Below are positions 49,129 through 58,293 of a stretch of 64,000 bases of DNA, piece after piece. Source of the stretch: an uncultured Anaerolineae bacterium (GTDB lineage Bacteria; Chloroflexota; Anaerolineae; Aggregatilineales; Ch27); the NCBI GenBank assembly GCA_964529715.1, contig CAZGXI010000007.1, forward strand, positions 17,882 to 81,881, given 5' to 3'. Position 1 is the stretch's first letter. Each line of letters starts with the position of its first letter. Made by a program: the position numbers and the translations under genes. The notes beneath the pieces are model-generated. The model searched no databases, was not told the DNA's origin, and was given only the letters and a program-made list of their open reading frames with translations.

Positions 49129-49947
49129 ATGCTCAAAAAGCTGGCTTGGCTCACGCTGTGCGTGTTTTTCCCGGCTATTCTGGCGTGGAACTCCCCCATC
49201 GCCGCGCAGGAAAACCTGCGCCTGCAAGAGCTACAGGTGCGGCTATGGCCGGAATATGACCGGGCAGCGTTGCTAGTTATTCTGGAGGGAACACTAGCGA
49301 ACACGGCCTCTTTCCCCGTCACGCTCAGCCTGCGCATCCCGGCGCGTGTGCCTGCGCCGTTTGTCGTCGCCGCGCTACCGGCTCCGACCTCGACAGCCAT
49401 CGATGAGGTCGAGTACGAGAATGCGGCGGCAGGCGAATGGCGCACGATCACGTTTCAGGCGGGCGGGCCGCGCTTCCAACTCGAATATTACGACTCGCTG
49501 GCGCGCCAGGGCGACGCGCGTGCGCCGTCGTTTACCTGGCCGGGGGATTACGCGGTGGACAGCCTGCTGATCCAGCTTCAGCAGCCGCCCCACACCGACA
49601 GCCTCTCGATCACGCCACAACTGCCCCAGGCGCGAGTCAGTTCCAGTGACAACCTAACCTATCATACAGGCACATTCGGCCCCTTGGCTGCTGGGGAGAC
49701 CTTTACTATTCAGATACAATATACGCGCAGTGAAGACGGGCTGACGGCAGACCTGCTCAGCGCGCTCCAATCGAGCGGGAACACGGCAACGTCAGGCAGC
49801 GCGCCCGCCGCCGAGCAGAACAGCGCGTTCGGGCAGACCGAAATCCTGATCACGGCAGCGGTGGCGGTGGTGTCGTTCCTGCTCGGCGCGGCCTCGATGC
49901 GCCTGGCGATCAACTGGCAGACCAGTCGTCGCTCTTCCCGAAAGTAA
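49129..49947 (+). CDS. Hypothetical secreted protein with a C-terminal TM anchor
   Basis: Signal peptide MLKKLAWLTLCVFFPAILAWNSPIAAQ. C-terminal TM ILITAAVAVVSFLLGAA followed by RRSSRK. Divergent from the ECF sigma gene. Confidence 0.6.
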   Translation: MLKKLAWLTLCVFFPAILAWNSPIAAQENLRLQELQVRLWPEYDRAALLVILEGTLANTASFPVTLSLRIPARVPAPFVVAALPAPTSTAIDEVEYENAAAGEWRTITFQAGGPRFQLEYYDSLARQGDARAPSFTWPGDYAVDSLLIQLQQPPHTDSLSITPQLPQARVSSSDNLTYHTGTFGPLAAGETFTIQIQYTRSEDGLTADLLSALQSSGNTATSGSAPAAEQNSAFGQTEILITAAVAVVSFLLGAASMRLAINWQTSRRSSRK

Positions 49948-49959
49948 AAGGGTTCATCA

Positions 49960-49994
49960 CAAGCGCGCAAAGACTTGCCCTTTTTGCGCGCTTG
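49960..49994. terminator. 12-bp hairpin between convergent genes (bidirectional terminator candidate)
   Basis: CAAGCGCGCAAA, an 11-nt loop, then TTTGCGCGCTTG. Confidence 0.55.
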
Positions 49995-50013
49995 GCAATC
50001 TTTGCGGTGCGTC

Positions 50014-52386
50014 CTAATTCCGCGAAGTCGAAATCCAGAGCATCTGCCCGTCGGTGGCGAATTCGACCGCGCCCTGCTCGTCGGTGCGGTACAAGGGTGT
50101 GTCGCCCAGGCGGGCCACCACGTCGGCGGCGGGGTGGCCAAAGCGGTTGCCCGGATCGACCTGCACGACCGCGACCTGCGGGACGGCAGCGGCCAGAAAC
50201 GCCGCGCCGGAAACACGATTCGCGCCGTGCGAGGGCAATTGCAACACCGTGCCGTGCAAGTCCCGCCCGCTTGCCAGCAACGCCGCCTCCGCCGCTTCGT
50301 TCAGGTCGGGCATCAGCAGAAAAGATGCCTGCCCATAACTCACCCGCAGCACCAACCCCGCCGATTCCGGCTCGTCGCCAGGGCCGGGCGCGAGCTGTGG
50401 GTGCAGCACGTCCAGACGGACCCCGTCGGACGTTTCCACCGCATATCCCGCTGTCACCGTTAGCACGGGAATACCGCGCCCGGTGATTGCCTGCTGCAAG
50501 GCGATGAAGTTCTCCGTGTCCGAAGCCTGTCCGTTCGCCAACACCTGCCGCACAACATAGCGTTCCAACACTGCCGGGACGGCGGCAAACTGTGCATCTT
50601 TGGGCTGTGTCAGAACCAGCAAATCGATCTCGCGCTCCCAGAACGGCAAGTGATCGCCCAGTGCGGTCAGCAGGCGCGTGGGATAGCGCCCGCCATCGAT
50701 CAGAATGGTGGTGCCGTGTGGTGTCTCGATCAAGACGGCGTTGCTGTGCCCGGAGTCGAGAAAGCTCACATGCAGCAAGCCATCCGGCAATTGGAAGGCT
50801 GCGATCCACAGCAGAGCCGCCGTCGCTGCACCCGCCGCCAGCACCGCCAGCGCCGCGCCGCGACTTTGCAGCAGTGGCCGGACCTTCCTCAGCCAGGCAG
50901 GGCGCGTCCCACGCAGGATGGCCCACAGCGCCACGCCCACGAAAAACAGAGCTACCAGACGCTCATCTACCCCTGTCGAAAGCGATGCGCCGGGCAGCCG
51001 GGCAAAAACGCGCACCACCTCCACTGTCCAGGCCAGGAACAGCCAGCTTACCCAGTAGACCGGCAGGGCCAGCGGCGCAACGACCAGCCCGATCAGCGTC
51101 GCCAGCCCGCCCAAGACCAAGATCGGCGGCTGGACAGGCAGGATCAGCAGGTTGACGATCAGCGATACCAGCGACACCCTCCCAAAATAGAGCATGATCA
51201 GCGGCAGTGTGGTGATCTGCGCCGCCAGAGAGACGATCAGCGGCTCGCTGAGCAGGCGCAACAGGCGCTCCGCCGTTTCCGCACGGAACAGTCGGGAGAA
51301 CAGGCGGCGGAAGCCGTCCTCAAGCGGCGACGTGAACAGCGCCAGGCCGAGCACGGCAGCAAAGCTCAGTTGAAAGCCCACGTCCCACAGCACGAACGGA
51401 TCCAGCGCGCTCATCACCAGGGCGGCGAAGGCCAGCGAAGCCGGGGTATACACCCGCCGACGGAACAGTGGCGCAACGATCAGCAAAATGCTCATGATCG
51501 CTGCACGCACGACCGACGGACCTGCTCCCACAAAAAGTGTGTAGACCAGGATCGCCGCTGCGCTGATCGCCGTCGCCGTACCCCGCCGCCGGGGCAGAAC
51601 CAGCTTCAGCGACCGGCTGAGCAGACTCGCCAGCAGAGTCATGTTGAAGCCGGAAATCGCAATGACGTGCGCCGCGCCGGTCAGGTTGAACGCCTCACGC
51701 ACGTCCGGTGCGATGCCCGTCTCCACGCCAAGCAAGATACCGGTCAGCAGGGACGCCTGCGGCTCTGGCAGGGCAGCGGCAATCGTCTGCTGTGCCCGCC
51801 GCTTGAGTGAGAGCATGACCTCCGTGAAGGCATCGCCGTGTCCCCGGCTCAGGATTTCGACCCCGGCATTGGGGATCAGGGTATAGACGCCCTGGCGGGC
51901 CAGGTAGTCCCGGTAGGAAAAATCGTCGAACTCCGGCGGCGTGAGGGGCGTGCCCGCGACGCGCACCCGATCGCCGTAGGCGTAGTCGCCGTAGCGGGGG
52001 GCCTGGACGAGCGCCGTCCCACGCACAACAACGGCATCCGCACCATCGGTCATCGAATCCATCGCCACACGCAGATTCACCTGCTGATCCCGCACATCCG
52101 GCTCGGCCACGATGATGCCTTCAAAGACGCGCCAGCCCTGGCCGTTGTAACTCGCCAGGGCGCCGGGACCGGGCGGCGCGTTGGCCAAGCCGATCCGCAG
52201 CGCCCCCAGCGCGCCCGCCGCAACGCAGACCAGGATCAGCCGCCGCGTTCGGTTCCTTCGGAAAAGCACCGCGCCAGCCGCAGACAACGCCGCCACCGCG
52301 AGCCATACGACTCCAGGCATGTCGGCAGCATTCTGTCCCACGATGATGCCGGCGATCCAGGCGAGAGACAGGTAGATCAGGGTCAT
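50014..52386 (-). CDS. comEC: DNA internalisation competence protein ComEC/Rec2 with a metallo-beta-lactamase domain
   Basis: ATG 52386 (MTLIYLSLAWIAGII). Polytopic competence domain (GAAHVIAISGFNM). C-terminal MBL-like region VSFLDSGHSNAVLIETPHGTTILIDGG. Confidence 0.9.
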   Translation of the reverse strand: MTLIYLSLAWIAGIIVGQNAADMPGVVWLAVAALSAAGAVLFRRNRTRRLILVCVAAGALGALRIGLANAPPGPGALASYNGQGWRVFEGIIVAEPDVRDQQVNLRVAMDSMTDGADAVVVRGTALVQAPRYGDYAYGDRVRVAGTPLTPPEFDDFSYRDYLARQGVYTLIPNAGVEILSRGHGDAFTEVMLSLKRRAQQTIAAALPEPQASLLTGILLGVETGIAPDVREAFNLTGAAHVIAISGFNMTLLASLLSRSLKLVLPRRRGTATAISAAAILVYTLFVGAGPSVVRAAIMSILLIVAPLFRRRVYTPASLAFAALVMSALDPFVLWDVGFQLSFAAVLGLALFTSPLEDGFRRLFSRLFRAETAERLLRLLSEPLIVSLAAQITTLPLIMLYFGRVSLVSLIVNLLILPVQPPILVLGGLATLIGLVVAPLALPVYWVSWLFLAWTVEVVRVFARLPGASLSTGVDERLVALFFVGVALWAILRGTRPAWLRKVRPLLQSRGAALAVLAAGAATAALLWIAAFQLPDGLLHVSFLDSGHSNAVLIETPHGTTILIDGGRYPTRLLTALGDHLPFWEREIDLLVLTQPKDAQFAAVPAVLERYVVRQVLANGQASDTENFIALQQAITGRGIPVLTVTAGYAVETSDGVRLDVLHPQLAPGPGDEPESAGLVLRVSYGQASFLLMPDLNEAAEAALLASGRDLHGTVLQLPSHGANRVSGAAFLAAAVPQVAVVQVDPGNRFGHPAADVVARLGDTPLYRTDEQGAVEFATDGQMLWISTSRN

Positions 52387-52526
52387 ATCGGGTCGAATAT
52401 GAGGATAACCGGTGCAGGGCCATTCTAGCATCAGGCGAAAAACCGTGCTATGCTTGCCTCGATGAAACGGCCTTTACTGACCTTCTTTCGCCCCAGCCCG
52501 ATAGAAAGCGATTGCTCGTGGAACGG

Positions 52527-53132
52527 ATGAACCAGGCCCGGCTTCGTCGGCGGCGTGTTACCCGCTCTATCTTGCTGGCGATCATCGTCGCCACCTTACC
52601 CTGTTACTGCCTGGGCGCGATCATGTTAGGGTTGGCGCGGCCAAACCGTACCTCTCCGGCCACGCTCACCGCGCAGGCTGTTCCCAGCCAGGTCACCGTG
52701 ACATCTCAGTTTCCGGGAATGACATATACGCCCTTCCAGGGTGTCACGCCGCTGCCGAGTGGCCCGCCGCCAACCTGGACACCTTCCCAGAGCGGACCAC
52801 TCCTCACACCGGGTCAGTTCGTGCCGACTTCGACGCCTTTGATCTTGCCGCCGACGGCGACGCTGACCTTCACCTTTATCCCGATCCCGACCTCGACGCC
52901 GTTTCCCACCTCCACGCCGCCGGTGATCGTCATCACCCTGACACCCACGCCGACATTAACGTTCACCCAACCACCCACCAATACTGATATGCCGACGCTG
53001 ACGCCAACCCTCACCGAGACGCCCACCGAAACGCCCACCGAAACGCCGCCCCAAGCTCCGACTGTCGAGATTCCAACAATAGATCCCTTTGCCACTCCCA
53101 CTCAGGAAAATTTGCCCGCCAGCGGCCCCTAA
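52527..53132 (+). CDS. Hypothetical membrane-anchored Pro/Thr-rich protein
   Basis: MNQARLRRRRVTRSILLAIIVATLPCYCLGAIMLGLA is an N-terminal anchor. The rest is PT-rich low complexity, including ETPTETPTETP. Confidence 0.55.
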   Translation: MNQARLRRRRVTRSILLAIIVATLPCYCLGAIMLGLARPNRTSPATLTAQAVPSQVTVTSQFPGMTYTPFQGVTPLPSGPPPTWTPSQSGPLLTPGQFVPTSTPLILPPTATLTFTFIPIPTSTPFPTSTPPVIVITLTPTPTLTFTQPPTNTDMPTLTPTLTETPTETPTETPPQAPTVEIPTIDPFATPTQENLPASGP

Positions 53133-53204
53133 GAGCGAACGTATTGAGTTTTAAGGGTGGCGTTGTTATAGTAGGTCTGTCACCCGGCAGTCTCACCGCT
53201 GTAT

Positions 53205-54359
53205 TTGCAGTTCAACTCTATATCCGCAGCTATTGCAAAGGATGTGCCTTTGGACCTGAAAGAGCACCTCACACGATTGTGCCAGGCACACGGCCCGTCC
53301 GGTTACGAAGGGCCGGTGCGGGATGTTTTACTAACAGACTGGGCCGGCCTGGCAGACGAATTCAAGACGGATGCCCTGGGAAACTTCATCGGCCTCAAAC
53401 GTGGTTCTGCGGAAGCCGAACCTCGGCGCAGGATCATGTTGGCGGCACACATGGACGAAGTCGGCATGATCGTCCGCCAGATTGATGGCGCGTTTTTGCG
53501 CGTGCGCAACCTGTGGGGCGTGGACGGGCGTGTGATGCTGGCCCAGCCTGTGCTTGTGCACGGCAAAGAGACCCTGCCGGGCGTGGTTGCTGCCACGCCG
53601 CCGCACGTGCTGCCCGCCGATCAACGCAACGCCTATCCCGACGTTGACGATCTGGTGATTGATGTGGGCCTCGGCGCAGAGGAACTTGCCCGTCTGGTCC
53701 AGATCGGCGACCCGGTCACGGTCGATGTGCCGCTGCTCGCACTGCAAGGCAACCGTGTGGCCGGTAAGGCCATGGACGACCGGGCCTGTGTTGCGGTGAT
53801 CACGGTCTGCCTGGAAGAACTGCAAAAACGCCAGCACCGATGGGATGTGCTGGCAGTGGCAACCGTCCAGGAGGAGGTCGGACATCGCGGCGCGCGAACG
53901 GCAGCCCATCATCTGCACCCGGATATTGCCATTGCACTCGACGTGACCTTTGCCAAACAGCCCGGTGTCGGTGATGGCGAAGGGGCCTTTGCCCTGGGAA
54001 GCGGTCCAGCTCTCAGCCTGGGGCCAAACTTTCACCCCAAGCTGTATGAAAAACTCCAGGAAACGGCCAAACGGCTTGAAATGTCGGTTAACATCGACCC
54101 CATCCCCGGACGCAGCGGAACCGACGCCTGGGACATCCAGGTCGCCCGCAGCGGCGTGCCCACCGCGCTGATCGGCCTCCCGCTGCGCAACATGCACAGC
54201 CCGGTCGAAATCGTAGACCTGGACGACATCAGGCGCGCTGGGCGGCTGCTGGCCGAGTTTATCAGTAGCTTGGAAGACGATTTTCTGACGACGATTGCCT
54301 GGGACGATCCACTGGCCGAAGAGACCGATCAGGAAGGGAAAGGAAGCGCCAAATGCTGA
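53205..54359 (+). CDS. M42 family aminopeptidase (FrvX/TET-like), copy 1; start uncertain (53205-53250)
   Basis: LKEHLTRLCQAHGPSGYEGPVRD..., MLAAHMDEVGMIV, VQEEVGHRGA. Confidence 0.88.
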   Translation: MQFNSISAAIAKDVPLDLKEHLTRLCQAHGPSGYEGPVRDVLLTDWAGLADEFKTDALGNFIGLKRGSAEAEPRRRIMLAAHMDEVGMIVRQIDGAFLRVRNLWGVDGRVMLAQPVLVHGKETLPGVVAATPPHVLPADQRNAYPDVDDLVIDVGLGAEELARLVQIGDPVTVDVPLLALQGNRVAGKAMDDRACVAVITVCLEELQKRQHRWDVLAVATVQEEVGHRGARTAAHHLHPDIAIALDVTFAKQPGVGDGEGAFALGSGPALSLGPNFHPKLYEKLQETAKRLEMSVNIDPIPGRSGTDAWDIQVARSGVPTALIGLPLRNMHSPVEIVDLDDIRRAGRLLAEFISSLEDDFLTTIAWDDPLAEETDQEGKGSAKC

Positions 54360-55396
54360 TCAAAGAACTCTCCGAAGCAATGGGCGTTTCCGGGGCAGAA
54401 GACGAAGTCCGCGCGATCATCCTCAAGGCGATCAAGGATCACGTCGAGGACATCCGCATCGACCCGCTGGGCAACGTCCTGGCGGTCAAGCGCGGGCGCC
54501 ATCCCCACGAGAATCCCCTGCGTGTGCTGGTCGCTGCGCACATGGACGAAGTGGGCTTTATGGTGACGGGCATCGAGAGCGATGGCACACTGCGCATAGG
54601 GGCCGTCGGCGGCTTCGATGACCGCATTTTGCCCGGTCTGCGAGTGGTTGTGGGTAAATCGAAAACCCCCGCCGTGATCGACTGGAAACCGATTCACCTC
54701 AACCAAGACAATCATGTGGTCAAACTAGACCACTTGCGCCTGGACATGGGGGCAAATTCGCGGGAAGAGGCCAACGGCAAGGCCAAACTCGGCGACATGG
54801 CGACATTCGATACCATCTACACCGAAAAAGGGCGCATCGCGCGGGGCAAGGCCTTCGACGACCGGATCGGCTGCGCCATTCTGATCGAACTCATCCGGGG
54901 CGAACCATTTCCCTTCGACCTGCATGTGGCCTTCACCGTGCAGGAAGAAGTCGGGCTGCGAGGGGCGCAGGTCGCGGCGCAGGCCATTCAGCCAGACGTG
55001 GCATTTATTTTGGAGTCAACCACTGCCAACGACGTGCCGCCGCCGCGTCCTGATCCCGAAGCGCCGCAGGTCTCACCGGCGACGGAGCTGGGCAAAGGCC
55101 CGGCTCTGACGCTGATCGACCGTTCGGTGATCGTGGATCGCCGCCTGCTGAACCATTTACGCGATACTGCCATCGCCGAAGGTATTCCGTTTCAGTACCG
55201 ACGGACCAGCGCCGGAGGCACCGATGCCGGGGCCGTATACGTCGCCAATGCGGGTGTGCCGAGCGCCGTCGTCTCCACCCCTTGCCGCTATATTCACGGC
55301 CCAGCGGCGCTGTGCAACCTGGACGACGCGGACAATGTTCTGAAGCTGATGCGGGCGGCGCTGGAGCGTCTCACGCCCGCAGTACTGGCGCGTTAG
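54353..55396 (+). CDS. M42 family aminopeptidase, copy 2
   Basis: MLIKELSEAMGVSGAEDEVR..., VAAHMDEVGFMV, VQEEVGLRGA. The start overlaps the copy 1 stop by 7 nt. Confidence 0.9.
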   Translation: MLIKELSEAMGVSGAEDEVRAIILKAIKDHVEDIRIDPLGNVLAVKRGRHPHENPLRVLVAAHMDEVGFMVTGIESDGTLRIGAVGGFDDRILPGLRVVVGKSKTPAVIDWKPIHLNQDNHVVKLDHLRLDMGANSREEANGKAKLGDMATFDTIYTEKGRIARGKAFDDRIGCAILIELIRGEPFPFDLHVAFTVQEEVGLRGAQVAAQAIQPDVAFILESTTANDVPPPRPDPEAPQVSPATELGKGPALTLIDRSVIVDRRLLNHLRDTAIAEGIPFQYRRTSAGGTDAGAVYVANAGVPSAVVSTPCRYIHGPAALCNLDDADNVLKLMRAALERLTPAVLAR

Positions 55397-55407
55397 CGAG
55401 GATAACC

Positions 55408-56406
55408 ATGAAAGATACGATCAAGAAGCTGGTCGAAGCCTGGGGACCAAGCGGCTTTGAGCATCACGTCCGCGCCCTGATCCAGGAGGAAATCGCCGGG
55501 CTGGCCGACGAGGTGCGCACCGACCCGGTGGGCAACCTGATCTGCCGGATGGGCAGCGGCGGCACCAAAGTCATGATCGCCGCCCATATGGACGAGATCG
55601 GCCTGATGTTAACCTATCAGGACGACCGGGGCTTCTTCCGTTTCAGCAACCTGGGCGGCCTGCGGCCAGACACACTGCTGGGCAACCGCATCCGCTTTGA
55701 AAACGGCGCTATCGGTGTAATCGGGCGCGAGGGCCGCTTCTGGCCAGACAGCGTGCCTGCACTGGACGCCTTTTACGTAGACCTGCACGACGGGAACGAT
55801 GGTTCGGCGGGGGTGCAGGTGGGCGATGCCGCAGGTTTCCATCGCCCCCTGGAAGAGCGCGGCAACCGCCTGATCGCCAAGAGCTTCGACGACCGCATCG
55901 GCTGTGCCATCGCCATTGAGACGATGCGCCGTCTGCACAATGGCCGCAGCACGCCGCACGAAGTCTACTTCGTCTTCACGGTACAGGAAGAGGTCGGGCT
56001 ACGTGGCGCGCGTCCGGCGGCGTTCGGCCTGGCCCCAGACCTGGGAATCGCAGTAGACATCACCACCAGCGGCGACACACCGCGCGCGATGGAGCGTATG
56101 GAAGTGGCGTTGGGCAAAGGCACAGCGATCAAGGTTCAGGATGCTGGCCTGATTGTGCCGCCTGCCGTCAAGAAACTCATGATCGCCCGCGCCGAAGAGG
56201 CGAGCATTCCCTACCAGTTGGAACTGCTCCAGGCCGGATCGACCGATGCGGCAGGGATCAGCATCAGCGGAGCAGGCGCGCCAAGCGGCTGTATCAGCAT
56301 CCCCACGCGCTATGCCCACACCGTTAGCGAAACCATCGACATGCGCGACGTCACCGCCAGCGTGGACCTGCTGGTGGAAATCCTCGCCAAGCCGATTGCC
56401 CTGTAG
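55408..56406 (+). CDS. M42 family aminopeptidase, copy 3
   Basis: ATG 55408 (MKDTIKKLVEAWGPSGFEHHVR), IAAHMDEIGLML, VQEEVGLRGA. Confidence 0.9.
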   Translation: MKDTIKKLVEAWGPSGFEHHVRALIQEEIAGLADEVRTDPVGNLICRMGSGGTKVMIAAHMDEIGLMLTYQDDRGFFRFSNLGGLRPDTLLGNRIRFENGAIGVIGREGRFWPDSVPALDAFYVDLHDGNDGSAGVQVGDAAGFHRPLEERGNRLIAKSFDDRIGCAIAIETMRRLHNGRSTPHEVYFVFTVQEEVGLRGARPAAFGLAPDLGIAVDITTSGDTPRAMERMEVALGKGTAIKVQDAGLIVPPAVKKLMIARAEEASIPYQLELLQAGSTDAAGISISGAGAPSGCISIPTRYAHTVSETIDMRDVTASVDLLVEILAKPIAL

Positions 56407-56434
56407 CTTCTCTCATCAGCCGGGCAACGCCACA

Positions 56435-56458
56435 GGGGTACGGGATGCCCCGTACCCC
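56435..56458. terminator. 10-bp GC hairpin between convergent genes
   Basis: GGGGTACGGG-atgc-CCCGTACCCC, ending on the stop codon of the minus-strand lipoprotein gene. Confidence 0.45.
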
Positions 56459-57162
56459 TATTCGCTGGTGATCGCAGCCAGCACATCCGCCGGCGGGAGC
56501 GCCTCCCCGTCCAGCGTAACGGAAGAGAGAATAGCCGCCAGCGTCGGCTGGAAATCCTCCCATCGACTGCCCCCTGCCGTCCCCTGAAGCCAGACAAAGC
56601 GGTCGCGGTTCGTGTTCATCACCACCAGGCTTACACCCGCCCCCGCGTTATCGGCGGCGCGCCATCGGATCAAAGCAGCGTCGTGCGCTCCCCACAGAAA
56701 CCGATGTGCATCATCCGGCGACAAAGCAGCTTCAGGCGGCAAAACGCCATACTCGATCATGCCCTGATTCTGCGCGCTGAGGGCATAAGGAGACATCGCC
56801 TCCATGCTCTCGTCCAGGCCAAAACGGCGGCTCAACTGGATGAAGACGGCCAGACTCGGCGGAGTCTCGACGCCCGTCGCAGCGGCAGCGTCGAAGGCGA
56901 TGGCATACTGCCCGCGTTCCTCCGTATCCCACCCCTGCGGACAACGGAAGGCAACGACCGTACCCATGAACTCGCGCGTGACGACGTGAGGCAGGTTCAT
57001 CGCCAATGGATCAGGAGTCGCGGTCGGCACAGGAGTAGTAGTCGGTGTGACGGCGACCGTCGCCAGGAGAACCCCGGCCTGTGTCTCGACGCCACAACCT
57101 GTCAGCAGCGCCAGCCCCAGAATCGCCGTACAGAATAGAAGCATGGTCATTCGTGCAGTCAT
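56458..57162 (-). CDS. Hypothetical lipoprotein
   Basis: MTARMTMLLFCTAILGLALLTGC (lipobox LTGC). No known domain recognised. Confidence 0.65.
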   Translation of the reverse strand: MTARMTMLLFCTAILGLALLTGCGVETQAGVLLATVAVTPTTTPVPTATPDPLAMNLPHVVTREFMGTVVAFRCPQGWDTEERGQYAIAFDAAAATGVETPPSLAVFIQLSRRFGLDESMEAMSPYALSAQNQGMIEYGVLPPEAALSPDDAHRFLWGAHDAALIRWRAADNAGAGVSLVVMNTNRDRFVWLQGTAGGSRWEDFQPTLAAILSSVTLDGEALPPADVLAAITSE

Positions 57163-57336
57163 CAGGCCGACGTCCTATCAGATGCACCCAGAAAACGGCC
57201 AGTAAACATTATCACAGCGCCGGGATGCCTGCCAGAAACGGCAGGCAGGCTGCGCCGTGATCATCACGGTCGCGCGAGGTGTGGTATCATCATCATACGA
57301 GCAGCAACACCGGCTGAGAACGAGGGAGTAACAGGG

Positions 57337-58293
57337 ATGAGCACAGAAGCAGCCAGGTTGTTACAAGAAGGGATTGCCGCTTTTAAAGCCGGACGCAAAG
57401 ACGAGGCGCGTCAACTGCTTACCCGCGCCACCGAACTGGATGAGCGAAACGAAAACGCCTGGCTCTGGCTGAGTGCGGTCGTCGATTCGCTCGAAAACCA
57501 ACAGATCTGCCTGGAAAACGTGCTGGCGCTCAACCCCAACAATACACGCGCGCTGAAGGGCCTGGAGGCGGTCACTAAAAAACTCGCCAGACAGCAGCAA
57601 AGTCAGGCCGCCAAACCGACGCCGCCCCCCTCACCTGCCGCTTCGCCGCACGTCTCCCCATTCGACATGAGTATACCTGCGCCCCCTATAGACGTCCCCT
57701 ACAGCCCGTCGCCGAAAGATGCCGAAGGTGGCTATCATGGTAGTGGCAAGCAGGTGGAGCTGCCATCCGCTGCCGAATACGATAACTGGCTCGACGGCCT
57801 GAAATTGGAACGCGGCAGGCAGCCTGCCAGCGATCCCTTTGAACTCAGCACCGGGCCATTCCGGCAGAATGCCGATTTTCCCGGCGATGAGAATGCCCCG
57901 GTAGTGTCACCCTTTGCCAACATGGTCAGCCCTGGCTACGAAGAAGAAGAGGCCGAGGCTTATGCCGGCGGCGCGCGCCTGGACCCGTTCGACCTGTCGC
58001 AGGCGAGCGCGCCGTCTTACGTGCCCATGTACCCAGATGAAGACGAAACCGATCCGTTCGCCGGCGTGACGGGGGAATACAGCAGCGCCAGCCCCTTCGG
58101 TGACTTTGACGAAGGAGTTCAGGTAGCGGACGACCTGATTCGCTATTTTGACTCGATCCCAGCAGAGATCAGGGCGACCCACCTCCCCGGCGCAGGGTCG
58201 CTCTATCCGCGCGGCGTGCTGATCGGCCTGATGGTCGTGGGAATCGGCATCGCTGCCGCGTTGATCGTCCTCGTGATCCAGCTGGTGTCCTGA
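57337..58293 (+). CDS. TPR-containing, acidic, C-terminally membrane-anchored protein
   Basis: N-terminal TPR (GIAAFKAGRKDEARQLLTRATELDERNENAWLWL...ALNPNNTRALKGL), an acidic disordered middle and a C-terminal TM (VLIGLMVVGIGIAAALIVLVIQLV). Confidence 0.6.
   Translation: MSTEAARLLQEGIAAFKAGRKDEARQLLTRATELDERNENAWLWLSAVVDSLENQQICLENVLALNPNNTRALKGLEAVTKKLARQQQSQAAKPTPPPSPAASPHVSPFDMSIPAPPIDVPYSPSPKDAEGGYHGSGKQVELPSAAEYDNWLDGLKLERGRQPASDPFELSTGPFRQNADFPGDENAPVVSPFANMVSPGYEEEEAEAYAGGARLDPFDLSQASAPSYVPMYPDEDETDPFAGVTGEYSSASPFGDFDEGVQVADDLIRYFDSIPAEIRATHLPGAGSLYPRGVLIGLMVVGIGIAAALIVLVIQLVS

Noticed and set aside
52860-53050. Periodic ACNCCN DNA that looked like a short-repeat array (CRISPR or VNTR).
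   Set aside because: It is in-frame coding low complexity (a Pro/Thr tract) with no spacer/repeat organisation. Only a 12-nt x2.5 tandem is exact. No cas genes are present anywhere in the window.
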